NCBI GenBank assembly: GCA_050945835.1
Contig: JBMNTR010000001.1
Span: forward strand, 9,384 to 73,383
Reading direction: 5' to 3'
DNA: 64,000 nt
Origin: Christensenellales bacterium
Lineage (GTDB): Bacteria > Bacillota > Clostridia > Christensenellales > JBMNTQ01
In this document: positions 18,256 to 27,859 of the stretch, in pieces
How the letters are laid out: every line of letters starts with the position of its first letter
How positions within the stretch are numbered: position 1 is the first letter of the stretch
The notes under the pieces: model-generated
Told to the model about the DNA's origin: nothing
What the model saw: only the letters and a program-made list of their open reading frames with translations
The model's database searches: none
Position numbers and translations under genes: made by a program

Positions 18256-19910
18256 CGGATATTGAAATTGTACGCAATGCGCGGCTAAAGAAGATCACAG
18301 ACATCGCCCGTGAGGCAAACATACCCGAGGCGGCTGTGATTCCTTACGGGCGGCATATGGCCAAGATCAACCCTGCCCTCATAGAGAACAAGGGCAAAGG
18401 CAAGCTCATATTGGTGAGCGCGATCACGCCCACGCCCGCGGGCGAAGGCAAGACGACTACCTCCATCGGCTTAACGGACGGATTGAAGGAAATCGGAAAA
18501 AAAGCGGTGCTGGCGCTCAGGGAGCCGTCTTTGGGGCCTGTGTTCGGCATGAAGGGCGGCGCTGCGGGCGGCGGCTATGCGCAGGTGCTGCCTATGGAGG
18601 AGATCAACCTGCATTTTACGGGCGATCTGCATGCCGTCACCTGTGCCAACAATCTGCTCGCGGCTCTGGTTGACAACCATATCCAGCAGGGCAACGCATT
18701 GGGCATCGACCCAAGGCGGATCGTTTGGCGGCGGTGTATGGATATGAACGACCGCCAGCTGCGCAACATCGTGAGCGGGCTGGGGGGGCGCCTGAGCGGT
18801 ATGCCGCGGGAGGACGGGTTCGACATTACGGCGGCCTCCGAAGTGATGGCTGTGCTCTGCCTTGCCGATGATCTGGAGGACTTAAAGCGCAGGCTTTCCG
18901 AAATCGTGGTGGGCTATACCTATCAGGGCGCACCTGTGCGCGCACAGGATCTGAGCGCGCAGGGCGCGATGGCCACGCTGCTCAAACAGGCGATCATGCC
19001 CAATCTCGTACAGACCATGGGCGGTTCCCCCGCGTTGGTGCACGGCGGGCCGTTTGCCAACATTGCGCATGGCTGCAACAGCGTTTCCGCTACCAAACTG
19101 GCCATGGCTCTGGGCGATTACGCGGTGACGGAAGCCGGGTTTGGCGCGGACTTGGGCGCTGAAAAGTTTATGGATATCAAATGCAGATTGAGCGGCATTT
19201 CCCCGGACGCTTCGGTGCTGGTGGCGACGCTGCGCGCATTGAAATACCATGGGGGTGCTGCGAAGGAAAACCTGGACGCACCGGATATAGAGGCGTTGAA
19301 AAAGGGCGCTGAAAACCTCATCAAGCATATCGAAAACCTAAAAGACGTGTTTGGGCTGCCCGTGGTGGTCGCCGTCAACCGTTTCAGCTCGGACACGGAG
19401 GCGGAGCTGGCCAGCCTGCTGGACTGCTGTGAAAGAGCAGGTGTACGAGGGGTGGTTTGCAACGCGTGGGAGCAGGGAGGTTCGGGCGCCGTCGAGCTGG
19501 CAAAAGCGGTGGTAGAGGCCTGCTCTGTGGCTGCACAGCCTCGTTTTGCATACGGACTGGACGAAAGCTACGTCGATAAGATCACGTCGCTCGCCGTACA
19601 TGTCTATGGCGCAAAAAAGGTGAACATACCCGATCCGGTATACAAGGAACTTGAGCGGCTGGAAAAGAGCGGATACGGCTCTTTACCCGTTTGCATTGCG
19701 AAAACGCAGTATTCTTTAAGCGACGACCCTGCGTTAAAAGGGCGGCCGCAAGGCTACACTTTCCATGTCAGAAGCGTGCGTCTAAGTGCGGGCGCCGGGT
19801 TTGTGGTGGTGTTTACAGGCAGCATCATCGCCATGCCGGGGCTTCCAAAATTGCCCGCGGCAGCTTTTATAGACATAGATGCACAGGGCGTCATCAGCGG
19901 ACTGTTCTGA
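18252..19910 (+). CDS. fhs: Formate--tetrahydrofolate ligase
   Basis: 552 aa. PTPAGEGKTTTSIGL plus family-typical length and sequence throughout. Confidence 0.95.
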   Translation: MTDIEIVRNARLKKITDIAREANIPEAAVIPYGRHMAKINPALIENKGKGKLILVSAITPTPAGEGKTTTSIGLTDGLKEIGKKAVLALREPSLGPVFGMKGGAAGGGYAQVLPMEEINLHFTGDLHAVTCANNLLAALVDNHIQQGNALGIDPRRIVWRRCMDMNDRQLRNIVSGLGGRLSGMPREDGFDITAASEVMAVLCLADDLEDLKRRLSEIVVGYTYQGAPVRAQDLSAQGAMATLLKQAIMPNLVQTMGGSPALVHGGPFANIAHGCNSVSATKLAMALGDYAVTEAGFGADLGAEKFMDIKCRLSGISPDASVLVATLRALKYHGGAAKENLDAPDIEALKKGAENLIKHIENLKDVFGLPVVVAVNRFSSDTEAELASLLDCCERAGVRGVVCNAWEQGGSGAVELAKAVVEACSVAAQPRFAYGLDESYVDKITSLAVHVYGAKKVNIPDPVYKELERLEKSGYGSLPVCIAKTQYSLSDDPALKGRPQGYTFHVRSVRLSAGAGFVVVFTGSIIAMPGLPKLPAAAFIDIDAQGVISGLF

Positions 19911-19925
19911 ATACGGCATACAGGA

Positions 19926-21632
19926 GTGAAGGAATTGGATTTTATTGAAAATATCGCGGCATATCTCAGCGCACGCACGGGGCTTGCAAAAGAGGAAATC
20001 AAACAGATCGTCGAAGTGCCGCCCAACCCCTCTATGGGGGATTACGCGTTTCCCTGCTTCAGGCTGAGCAAGCCGCTGCGCAAGGCCCCCAACGCCATCG
20101 CGTGTGCGCTGGAGGAGGATACCCAAAAGCCGCAGGGCATCGCAAAGATGTGCGCCCAAGGGCCCTATCTGAACTTTTTTGTGGACAGGGCGCTGTTCAT
20201 CGAAAATATACTCACGCGCGTACGTGCGCAAAAGGATCGTTTCGGCAGCTCAGACGAAGGCAAGGGCCGGGCTGTTTGCATCGACTATTCCTCCATCAAC
20301 ATCGCCAAGCCGTTCCATGTGGGGCATTTAAGCACCACCGTCATAGGTGCATCCTTGGCACGCATCTATGATTTTTTAGGCTACAGGAGTGTTTCCATCA
20401 ACCATCTGGGTGATTGGGGCACGCAGTTCGGCAAGCTGATCGTGGCATACAAGCGCTGGGGCGATCAAGAGAGAATCGAAGCGGATTCGGTGGACGAGCT
20501 CTTGAAAATCTATGTGCGCTTCCATGAGGAGGCCGAAAAAGAGCCCGCGCTGGACGACGAAGCGCGCGCCTGGTTTAAAAAGATCGAGGAAGGCGACGGA
20601 GAAGCGCTTGCGCTGATGCAGTGGTTTCGCGAGTTGACGCTTAAAGAGGCGCATGTGATCTATGATCTGCTCAACATCCGTTTTGACAGCTATGCGGGCG
20701 AAAGCTTTTACAACGACAAGATGCAGCCTGTATTGGACGAATTGGAGCAAAAGGGGCTGCTGTGTGACAGCGACGGCGCGAAGATGGTGGATTTAAGCGC
20801 ATACGACATGCCCCCCTGCCTGATTCTAAAATCGGACGGTGCGACGCTGTACGCCACGCGGGACATCGCCGCGGCGTTTTACCGCAAGAAGACCTACGAT
20901 TTCTATAAAAACCTCTATGTGGTGGCCTATCAGCAGAACCTGCATTTCAGGCAGTGGTTTAAAGTCATCGAGTTGATGGGTTACGACTGGGCATCACAGC
21001 TGGAGCATGTGGCGTTCGGCATGGTGTCCATGGAGGAGGGCACGCTGTCCACCCGCAAGGGGAAGGTGGTGCTGCTCAAGGATGTGCTCAATCAGGCGGT
21101 TGAAAAATCATTCGCCATCATGGAGGAGAAAAACCCGGAATTGGCAGACAAGCAGACCGTGGCACAGCAGGTGGGTGTGGGCGCTGTGGTGTTCGACGTG
21201 TTGAGCAACAACCGCATCAAGGACATCGTGTTCTCCTTTTCGCGTGTGCTTAATTTCGACGGCGAGACAGGGCCGTATGTGCAGTATTCCCACGCGCGCT
21301 GCTGCAGCGTGTTGGAAAAGGGCGCGGGCATTTGTCTGGATCAGGCGGATCTGCGCGCTTTGGATGACGAGGAGGCGTTTGCCGTAGCTAGGCTTCTCTA
21401 CTCGTTTGAGGACGCGGTGCGCGAGGCGTGCAGGAAGAACGAGCCGTCTGTCATTACGCGGCATGTGGTGGATATAGCCCAGGCTTTCAATAAATACTAC
21501 TACGAACACCGTATTCTCATAGAGGGTGACGAGCAGGGCAGCGCCGCCAGGCTCATGCTCACCGACGCTGTGCGCCAGACGATCCGAAACGGCCTGATGC
21601 TGCTCAACATCGCCTCGCCTGCCAAGATGTAG
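19926..21632 (+). CDS. argS: Arginine--tRNA ligase
   Basis: 568 aa. GTG start follows AGGAG. HIGH-type motif (PFHVGHLSTTVIG) and a class-I ArgRS C-terminal anticodon-binding region. Confidence 0.9.
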   Translation: MKELDFIENIAAYLSARTGLAKEEIKQIVEVPPNPSMGDYAFPCFRLSKPLRKAPNAIACALEEDTQKPQGIAKMCAQGPYLNFFVDRALFIENILTRVRAQKDRFGSSDEGKGRAVCIDYSSINIAKPFHVGHLSTTVIGASLARIYDFLGYRSVSINHLGDWGTQFGKLIVAYKRWGDQERIEADSVDELLKIYVRFHEEAEKEPALDDEARAWFKKIEEGDGEALALMQWFRELTLKEAHVIYDLLNIRFDSYAGESFYNDKMQPVLDELEQKGLLCDSDGAKMVDLSAYDMPPCLILKSDGATLYATRDIAAAFYRKKTYDFYKNLYVVAYQQNLHFRQWFKVIELMGYDWASQLEHVAFGMVSMEEGTLSTRKGKVVLLKDVLNQAVEKSFAIMEEKNPELADKQTVAQQVGVGAVVFDVLSNNRIKDIVFSFSRVLNFDGETGPYVQYSHARCCSVLEKGAGICLDQADLRALDDEEAFAVARLLYSFEDAVREACRKNEPSVITRHVVDIAQAFNKYYYEHRILIEGDEQGSAARLMLTDAVRQTIRNGLMLLNIASPAKM

Positions 21633-21706
21633 GGAGGTTTGCATGAAAAAGGAGCGGCTCTGCGCTGAAATGATTAAAGGATAAAATTGAATTTAAGAGG
21701 CCGATC

Positions 21707-21745
21707 GGGCTTGTTGTCTGCGCACAGCAGGCGGCAAGCCCTTCA
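21707..21745. terminator. Hairpin/terminator between the convergent argS and CPBP genes
   Basis: GGGCTTG…CAAGCCC stem followed by TTCAGTTTT. Confidence 0.5.
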
Positions 21746-21748
21746 GTT

Positions 21749-22786
21749 TTATCCTTCTGACGCGCTTGTATTGCGTTGTGCATCCGCAGTTAAGGCTTTT
21801 GCAGCGGACGGCGCTTTTCGAAGGAGATAGATCAGCAGCAGTACGCCGATGGCGATGAGCAGCACGAGGAAGACCGGTAATTCGCGGATGAGCGCCATGC
21901 GCCCGAACGGATCGCCCTGAACAGGCGAAATGGAGAAGACGGTGATATTGGAGGAAGCTCCCGCCTCCTGCGCGCCGAAAAGGTTCAATGCGGCAAAATT
22001 CCAGCCGGCATGCATGGCGCAGGCCCCCCAGAGGTTGTCATATAAAAGTACATGCACGGCAAAAAGCACGGCCAGCAGGAATATGTTGACCAGCGACAAT
22101 ATGTTGACGCCCACGTTGAGCACATGCAGCAGCGAAAAGACCGCGGAGCTGATGAGCACACAGCTGGGGATGGTCATGCGGTTGGTCAGCGAAACCATGA
22201 AATACCCCCGCGCCAGCAGTTCCTCGCTTGCGGCCTGTATGATGAAGCCTAAGAAGAATAACACCACCAGCACGGCGGATGCGTTTGTATTGAGGCCATT
22301 GAAGCGATCGAGCCCGAAAAGGATGCGCAAAAGCTGGCCGCACGCCACGAGCAGCACGCCCACAACATAGCCGCTCAGATACCGGCGCGGGATATGCCCC
22401 CGCACAATGCCCATGCTGCGCAGCGGGCGTTTTTCGATGTCCACGCAATAGACGATGACCAGCACGATGGTGATGACGGTAAAGAAGAGCGTGTATAAAA
22501 GCACACGTGTGAACAGGGCGTTGACCACCTCCGGGGTGATGCTGTTGATCAGCATGCCGAGATCTTTAAACTGCGACAACGGCAGGAAGAGCTGGAGCAT
22601 GACAGACCCGATGGCGGGGATGGTGATGGCGATTTGTGTGATGGCGAACAACGCGAGGAAGATGAGCAGTTGTATGCCCCACTTCGGTTTAAACCGTGCC
22701 TTTTCTGCTTCCTGCAGCATGACGGAATGCAGCGGCCAGCGTGTGTCCTGAGACGACGATACAGGGGCGGGCGGATGGTGTTGCAT
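21749..22786 (-). CDS. CPBP-family intramembrane glutamic endopeptidase (CAAX protease family)
   Basis: 345 aa, polytopic. Motifs EELLARGYF, FSLLH and HAGWNF. ATG lies 10 nt after AAGGAGG. Confidence 0.85.
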   Translation of the reverse strand: MQHHPPAPVSSSQDTRWPLHSVMLQEAEKARFKPKWGIQLLIFLALFAITQIAITIPAIGSVMLQLFLPLSQFKDLGMLINSITPEVVNALFTRVLLYTLFFTVITIVLVIVYCVDIEKRPLRSMGIVRGHIPRRYLSGYVVGVLLVACGQLLRILFGLDRFNGLNTNASAVLVVLFFLGFIIQAASEELLARGYFMVSLTNRMTIPSCVLISSAVFSLLHVLNVGVNILSLVNIFLLAVLFAVHVLLYDNLWGACAMHAGWNFAALNLFGAQEAGASSNITVFSISPVQGDPFGRMALIRELPVFLVLLIAIGVLLLIYLLRKAPSAAKALTADAQRNTSASEG

Positions 22787-22917
22787 AGCGCTAAAACCTC
22801 CTTATGATGATGCATATAAGAATTGTGTGTCCTGCTTAAAATGAGCATATGAAAGCGAACATGCGCAAGGATGATACAGCGCAAAGGGGAATGCGCGAAA
22901 AAAGATGAAAACGCTGA

Positions 22918-23505
22918 CTACGCCTTGTTTGCTGAGAGGCAATAGAAGTTTGCGCCCAGCTCAAAATAATCCTGCGGTGTGAACCCGGCAGTACAGAGCC
23001 GGTCTGTAAGCGCTTGTCTGCCCAGCCGGCCGTCGGGCGGCCCTAAGGGCGTTTGCCTGTCGTGAAACTCGATGATTGCCAGCTGCCCGTTTGTTTTGAG
23101 TATGCGTTTGACTTCGCGCAGCATAGACTGCATGTGGTTTTCCTCCAGCTCGTGCAGCACAAGGCTGATCAGCACCAGATCGCAGCAACCGTCTGCAAGT
23201 GGATAGGAGAAGCCTTCGATCTGATGCGTGATGACATTGCGCAGGTGCAATTCTTCTGCGTGTTTGCGCATGAAATCCACCATCTGCGCCGATGTATCCA
23301 ACGCATAAACCGTTTTGGCGCGTTTTGCCGCCGCGAAGCTGAATACACCTGTGCCTGCACCGATGTCGCAACACACAAAGCCCTCTTTCAACCCGACTCT
23401 TTCGAGGGTGTTGTGAGCGTTCAGTTCCGCCAGGCGAACAGGGTTTTCCAGCCGGTCGATCCTTTGGCGCATATCCATAATAAGCAACTCCTTATCATTT
23501 TTCAA
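22918..23505 (-). CDS. Class I SAM-dependent methyltransferase
   Basis: 195 aa with SAM motif I CCDIGAGTGVFS. Confidence 0.8.
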   Translation of the reverse strand: MKNDKELLIMDMRQRIDRLENPVRLAELNAHNTLERVGLKEGFVCCDIGAGTGVFSFAAAKRAKTVYALDTSAQMVDFMRKHAEELHLRNVITHQIEGFSYPLADGCCDLVLISLVLHELEENHMQSMLREVKRILKTNGQLAIIEFHDRQTPLGPPDGRLGRQALTDRLCTAGFTPQDYFELGANFYCLSANKA

Positions 23506-23592
23506 AACATCATGATTCTAAAATATCAGAAAATCCGGCGGAGCGCAAGTGCGGCGGCTGGCGGGTATCACGTATGAAGGATACAGCGGTAT

Positions 23593-23627
23593 AAAAAAAC
23601 CCCTCTCGCTTTGCGATGGGGGTTTTT
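23593..23627. terminator. Second (back-up) bidirectional terminator downstream of tRNA-Met
   Basis: AAAAAAACCCCTCTCGC TTT GCGATGGGGGTTTTT. Confidence 0.6.
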
Positions 23628-23689
23628 GCATGGAGCGGAGTTTGCCCTATGCATTTGCGCTGCTGTAGCATAGGCGATGGACCGCGGGC

Positions 23690-23728
23690 AAAAAAATACC
23701 GCGAACCATTCAAACATGATTCGCGATA
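23690..23728 (-). terminator. Rho-independent terminator of tRNA-Met
   Basis: The minus strand reads TATCGCGAA-loop-TTCGCGGTA followed by TTTTTTT, 21 nt after the tRNA 3' end. Confidence 0.7.
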
Positions 23729-23748
23729 CGGCTGCAGGCCTTGCCCGC

Positions 23749-23825
23749 TGGTAGCGGCGATGTGACTTGAACACATGACCTTTCGGGTATGAACCGAGCG
23801 CTCTAGCCAACTGAGCTACGCCGCC
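23749..23825 (-). tRNA. tRNA-Met (anticodon CAT); elongator, initiator or Ile2 identity not resolved
   Basis: The reverse complement is GGCGGCGTAGCTCAGTTGGCTAGAGCGCTCGGTTCATACCCGAAAGGTCATGTGTTCAAGTCACATCGCCGCTACCA. Confidence 0.85.
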
Positions 23826-23937
23826 AAATGAACTCACCACGCTATTATAGCATCACAAAAGCGATCATGCAAGCCCATAATAAAAAATTAAAAATCCAAA
23901 AATGACCTGCGCATCATAGTCCCGCCGGACGGGGCGA

Positions 23938-24474
23938 TCAGCCGCCCAGCAAAGCCAGACGCACCTCGCCCTTGAGCGTTTCCTTGGCTGTGCGGATATC
24001 GATTTCCACCTCATAGACGGTATCCTTGGCATCCCCGTTGATATTGGCCTGACCGTTGAACTGTAAGCGCAGCACATCGCCGTCGTTTATGAGTACGTCA
24101 TATTCGACCGCGAGCTGGATGCTGTCCTCATGCTCCATCATAGCGCGGTAGAATTCGCGCACCTGATGCGCCCCTTGGGCAAGCTGTTCGTTGATGTCGT
24201 CCATATTTTTCAGCCCGTTGTCGAAGGAGACTTGCGGAAAACGGATGGTGATATCCGTGGTGATATTGCCTCCCTCCTGCAGCGCCAGCTTTGAATTGCA
24301 GGTATACACCTCCTCGCTCAGCGCAAGCACATCGGTGGGAGCGGGTGTAGGTGTGGGTGCTGCGGGCCGCCCGGTCAGGGAAGCGCTTACAGAAGCCTGC
24401 TCGGCACCGTTGCCGCAGGCGCAGAGGCATAAAGTGAAAGCAACGTATAGCAGCAGAAAGGATAGTTTCGTCAT
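23938..24474 (-). CDS. Hypothetical lipoprotein
   Basis: 178 aa. Signal peptide plus lipobox (FTLCLCACG). Pro/Thr/Ala linker. Confidence 0.6.
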   Translation of the reverse strand: MTKLSFLLLYVAFTLCLCACGNGAEQASVSASLTGRPAAPTPTPAPTDVLALSEEVYTCNSKLALQEGGNITTDITIRFPQVSFDNGLKNMDDINEQLAQGAHQVREFYRAMMEHEDSIQLAVEYDVLINDGDVLRLQFNGQANINGDAKDTVYEVEIDIRTAKETLKGEVRLALLGG

Positions 24475-24510
24475 AAGTCACCGCCTATATAGTCATTTTT
24501 ATGTGGCGCG

Positions 24511-25260
24511 CTATATCACAAACCCGCCGTTGGGGCTGATCACCTGGCCGGTGATAAAGCCGGATGCGTCGCTGCACAGATAGCGCATGCACTGTGCGAT
24601 CTCATAGGGACTGCCCAGCCTGCCCAGCGGCGTCTGCGCGATCAGCTCATGCTTGTCCGATTCGTTGAGCGAATCGTTCATGTCTGTATCGATCACGCCG
24701 GGCGCGATGCAGTTCACCCTTATATGGCTTGGGCCCAATTCCTTGGCCAGGGATTTTGTAAAACCGATCAACGCCGCCTTGGCTGTGGAATAATGCACTT
24801 CACAAGCGCCGCCTGTGATGCCCCAAGCGGAGGAAACATTCAGAATCACACCCTGTTTGACGTGCAGCATATCAGGCAAAACAGCCTGTGTGCAGAAGAA
24901 CGCGCCGTCGACATGCACATTGAGCATGCGATGCCAGTTTACATCCGTGATGTCTTGAAACTGGCAGAACGCACTCACGCCCGCGTTGTTGATGAGCACC
25001 TCCACAGGCCCCAGCCGCTCGGCACACAGCGCGACAGCCGCATCGACTTCCTCGCGCCTGCCCACATCCGCACGCGTACAGCAAACGGCCCATCCCTGCC
25101 CGCACAGCTGTTCTGTGAGCTCTGCGGCCATTTGCGCGGAATCACGGTATGTAAAGAACACGCGATCCCCCGCTTGAGCAAACGCCTGCACGGCAGCCCT
25201 GCCTATGCCGCGCGAGCCGCCTGTGATGAATACGGTTTTGTTGGCAGATGATCGTTTCAT
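24511..25260 (-). CDS. SDR-family oxidoreductase (FabG-like)
   Basis: 249 aa. TGGSRGIG, NNAG and the Y-x3-K catalytic pattern (YSTAKAA). Confidence 0.85.
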   Translation of the reverse strand: MKRSSANKTVFITGGSRGIGRAAVQAFAQAGDRVFFTYRDSAQMAAELTEQLCGQGWAVCCTRADVGRREEVDAAVALCAERLGPVEVLINNAGVSAFCQFQDITDVNWHRMLNVHVDGAFFCTQAVLPDMLHVKQGVILNVSSAWGITGGACEVHYSTAKAALIGFTKSLAKELGPSHIRVNCIAPGVIDTDMNDSLNESDKHELIAQTPLGRLGSPYEIAQCMRYLCSDASGFITGQVISPNGGFVI

Positions 25261-25271
25261 GTTTCTTCCTG

Positions 25272-26210
25272 TTAAAATTCGTGCTTTTGTTTGCGCAGAA
25301 AAAGCTTCGAAAGCACCTCTTTGGGTTTTTGGTTTTCATACACGATGCTGTAGATGGCCTTTGTGATGGGCAGCTCAACGCCATACCGATCGCTCAACAC
25401 CATCAGCGCCTTGGTGGTGGTCACACCCTCCGCGAGCTTGTCGAGCTTCTGCCCTTTGATGTAGAGCTCGCCAAACTGCCTGTTGTGGCTGTACGGCGAA
25501 AAGAGGGTCGCTTCGTAATCCCCGATGTGGCAGAGTCCGTAGGCTGAAAGCTCATTGCCGCCCATCTGCTTGATGAGCACGGAAATCTCCCGCGCGCCCC
25601 GTGCCATCAGCGCGCCCTTTAAGCTCGTGTAGCCGTAGCCGTCCAGCATGCCGGCGGCGATGCCGATCACGTTTTTCGACGCGGCGCCCACCTCGCTGCC
25701 CAGCAGGTCGTTGCCGTAGTAGAAGCGGATTAAGCCGCCGGAAAACGCGTCTACCAGAAACTTCTTCACATCGTGCTCCTCCGAGTCGATGAGCATACAG
25801 TTGGGCACCCCGCGCCTGTAATCCTGCACATGCCCGGGCCCCACCCACACGGCGACGCTCGCATCCGGCGCGTAAGCCGCCACGATTTCGCTCAGCCGAA
25901 GGCCCGTGTCGTCCTCCAAGCCCTTCATGCATAATACGAACACCTTATCCCGAAGATCGAAAGCGCTCAATTGGCGCATGAAGGAGCGCAGCGCCTGCGC
26001 GCTGATGGATACGACGAGCACATCGGCATGCGAGAGCGCTTCGTGCAGGTCCTGCGTCAGCGTGATGTTGTCAAAGGCGCTGTCTTGTTGAACTTTTTGG
26101 TAGTTTTGTGAATGCGCACGCCCCCAGAGCACGATTTGGTGGCGGATACTGTCCAGATACCATGCTAAAAATGAACCCCAGCGGCCGCAGCCTAAAACGG
26201 ATATCTTCAT
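25272..26210 (-). CDS. gpsA: NAD(P)H-dependent glycerol-3-phosphate dehydrogenase
   Basis: The internal ATG at 26210 gives MKISVLGCGRWGSFLA… (Rossmann GxGxxG). GpsA-like sequence continues throughout. The track ORF's upstream 23 codons would overlap the preceding gene. Confidence 0.75.
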   Translation of the reverse strand: MKISVLGCGRWGSFLAWYLDSIRHQIVLWGRAHSQNYQKVQQDSAFDNITLTQDLHEALSHADVLVVSISAQALRSFMRQLSAFDLRDKVFVLCMKGLEDDTGLRLSEIVAAYAPDASVAVWVGPGHVQDYRRGVPNCMLIDSEEHDVKKFLVDAFSGGLIRFYYGNDLLGSEVGAASKNVIGIAAGMLDGYGYTSLKGALMARGAREISVLIKQMGGNELSAYGLCHIGDYEATLFSPYSHNRQFGELYIKGQKLDKLAEGVTTTKALMVLSDRYGVELPITKAIYSIVYENQKPKEVLSKLFLRKQKHEF

Positions 26211-26217
26211 GATTGCG

Positions 26218-26829
26218 CTACTCCTGCCTTTGATAGACGAGCAGCATCTGGCGGCCGGTCCATAGCTGCTGTTCGGCATACAGCGTTGTGTCCGTCATGG
26301 CGTTGAATACGAGCGAGCAGCCGTTTAGCGTATGCGGAAAGGATTCGCTGCCGAAGAGCACCACATGCTCGCCCGCTAGCTTTGCTTCTTCGAAGGGTAC
26401 GAGCAGCAGCAAATAACGCTTCGCCATGCCGGCCATTTTACGCATGACGGCTTTATAATCCGCAAAATGCTCCAGCGTGTTGGAGCAAAAGACCACGTCG
26501 TATTGACGGGATGTATGCATAAGATCATCCACGATGAACGTATAATCCGGAAATTGCGCGCGCGCATGCGCGATGGCGTTTGCGGCGTAGTCCATACCGG
26601 TGAGCGGGTTGTGCGCAAAGGCGGCCCGCAGCACAGGCAGCCCGTGCCCCTCCGCAGAGCAGAGATCGCAGATATGCATCGCTTCGTTTCGGATTTCCTC
26701 CACCAGCCACCACGGCATCAGCTCCACCGCATAGCGGTAAAAATCGATGTTATAGTGATGGCAGTGCAGCTGTTTCCAGCGCCCGGAAGCGAATTTGTCT
26801 TCCCAGTATGCGCGGCTGTTGATGTCCAT
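26218..26829 (-). CDS. SAM-dependent methyltransferase (Methyltransf_11/23-like)
   Basis: The ATG at 26829 is preceded by GGAGGG. Sequence: MDINSRAYWEDKF…DLCSAEGHG…VFCSNTLEHF. Confidence 0.65.
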   Translation of the reverse strand: MDINSRAYWEDKFASGRWKQLHCHHYNIDFYRYAVELMPWWLVEEIRNEAMHICDLCSAEGHGLPVLRAAFAHNPLTGMDYAANAIAHARAQFPDYTFIVDDLMHTSRQYDVVFCSNTLEHFADYKAVMRKMAGMAKRYLLLLVPFEEAKLAGEHVVLFGSESFPHTLNGCSLVFNAMTDTTLYAEQQLWTGRQMLLVYQRQE

Positions 26830-27001
26830 GTGTTCCCTCCAAACGCCCCTGCTGCGACCGGCCAAACCCATGAGTGGGGATGCCGATGGAAGCAAACGGG
26901 CCCTTTTGCCCATACGAAAATCAAGCGAACAGACATAAAAAGTATATCATAATGTGTATAAAATGGGAATCATAATATGCGCACAATGCCTTCGCGCTTG
27001 T

Positions 27002-27640
27002 TTACGTATGCCGGCGCAGCGGCACACCGCTCAGACGTTTGACGGCGTTGCCCACCGTGACGGCCACCAAGAACAAAAGCAGGCTCTCAAAGGGCCAGAG
27101 CGCGAGGTTTTTGATGATGCGCTCGGGCAGCAACACGGCGATGGCGTCGCCGTACAGTATGCTGAGCCACAGCGTATTGAGCAGCATGTTGCAAAAAATA
27201 TTGATCAGCCCCTTGGCCAAAAACGCCCGGCCGGCAGGCTTTAGAATATGGCGTAAAAACCGCGATAAGCGCGGAATTTCATTTTTTTCGGCGGCGTGAA
27301 GCGGCTGCTGCGGACGCCAGTCGTATAAAAGAAGCCCATAGATCAGGCCGCCTATGATGGCGGTCACGGTAAAGCCGGGGAAATAGGAGCCGCCGGGCTT
27401 TACGAGATAGCCCAGCACATCCGAAAGCGCACCGCTGCACATCCCCATGACGGGGCCGAACAGCATGCCGGTCAGCGCTTGCGTTAAAAAGCCCACGCCC
27501 ACGCGCAACTGGGGGGACAGATCGATGCGCACAGAAGTGAGCACCATGTGCAGCCCGATGAGCATGGCACACAACACGAGCGCGCGCAGGTTTTTAAAAT
27601 GTGCGGCGCTCTCTTTAAAACAAGCTTTGAGTTTACGCAT
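27002..27640 (-). CDS. folT: ECF-transporter S component, folate family
   Basis: The ATG at 27640 follows AAAGGTG. About 212 aa with 5-6 TM segments. It lies directly downstream of a THF riboswitch. Confidence 0.7.
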   Translation of the reverse strand: MRKLKACFKESAAHFKNLRALVLCAMLIGLHMVLTSVRIDLSPQLRVGVGFLTQALTGMLFGPVMGMCSGALSDVLGYLVKPGGSYFPGFTVTAIIGGLIYGLLLYDWRPQQPLHAAEKNEIPRLSRFLRHILKPAGRAFLAKGLINIFCNMLLNTLWLSILYGDAIAVLLPERIIKNLALWPFESLLLFLVAVTVGNAVKRLSGVPLRRHT

Positions 27641-27714
27641 AGAAAAACACCTTTCGAAAATATAGTGTGCTACATGTTCAAAAGGTGCATAAAGAAGTAC
27701 CTTTTTAGGATGCA

Positions 27715-27810
27715 GCAGCGGGATGCGACGTTTGCACCGCAAGCGGTTCACTTTTCGTTCAGCGGCAACTCCCCGTCCGCTGACACTTCACGCGCAAACA
27801 TCTACTCTGC
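27715..27810 (-). promoter_or_regulatory. THF (tetrahydrofolate) riboswitch, class I aptamer
   Basis: The minus strand reads GCAGAGTAGATGTTTGCGCGTGAAGTGTCAGCGGACGGGGAGTTGCCGCTGAACGAAAAGTGAACCGCTTGCGGTGCAAACGTCGCATCCCGCTGC. It shares AGAGUAGAUG, GCG.U.AAGUGU, GGGA, AACGAA, GCGGUG and GCAUCC-CGCU with the Eubacterium siraeum THF aptamer as I remember it. P1 pairs GCAGAG with CGCUGC. Confidence 0.85.
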
Positions 27811-27859
27811 TGTATCCTATTGTACTATCTCTGCTGTGTCTGTCAAGAGGGAATGATCG

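Noticed and set aside
19911-19925. T-box leader for argS
   Set aside because: Only 15 nt separate fhs and argS, so there is no room for a T-box. argS is evidently co-transcribed with fhs.
23628-23690. Possible small RNA between the two terminators downstream of tRNA-Met (contains hairpin CCTATGC…GCATAGG)
   Set aside because: No promoter is discernible. The simpler reading is tandem primary and back-up terminators insulating the downstream methyltransferase gene.
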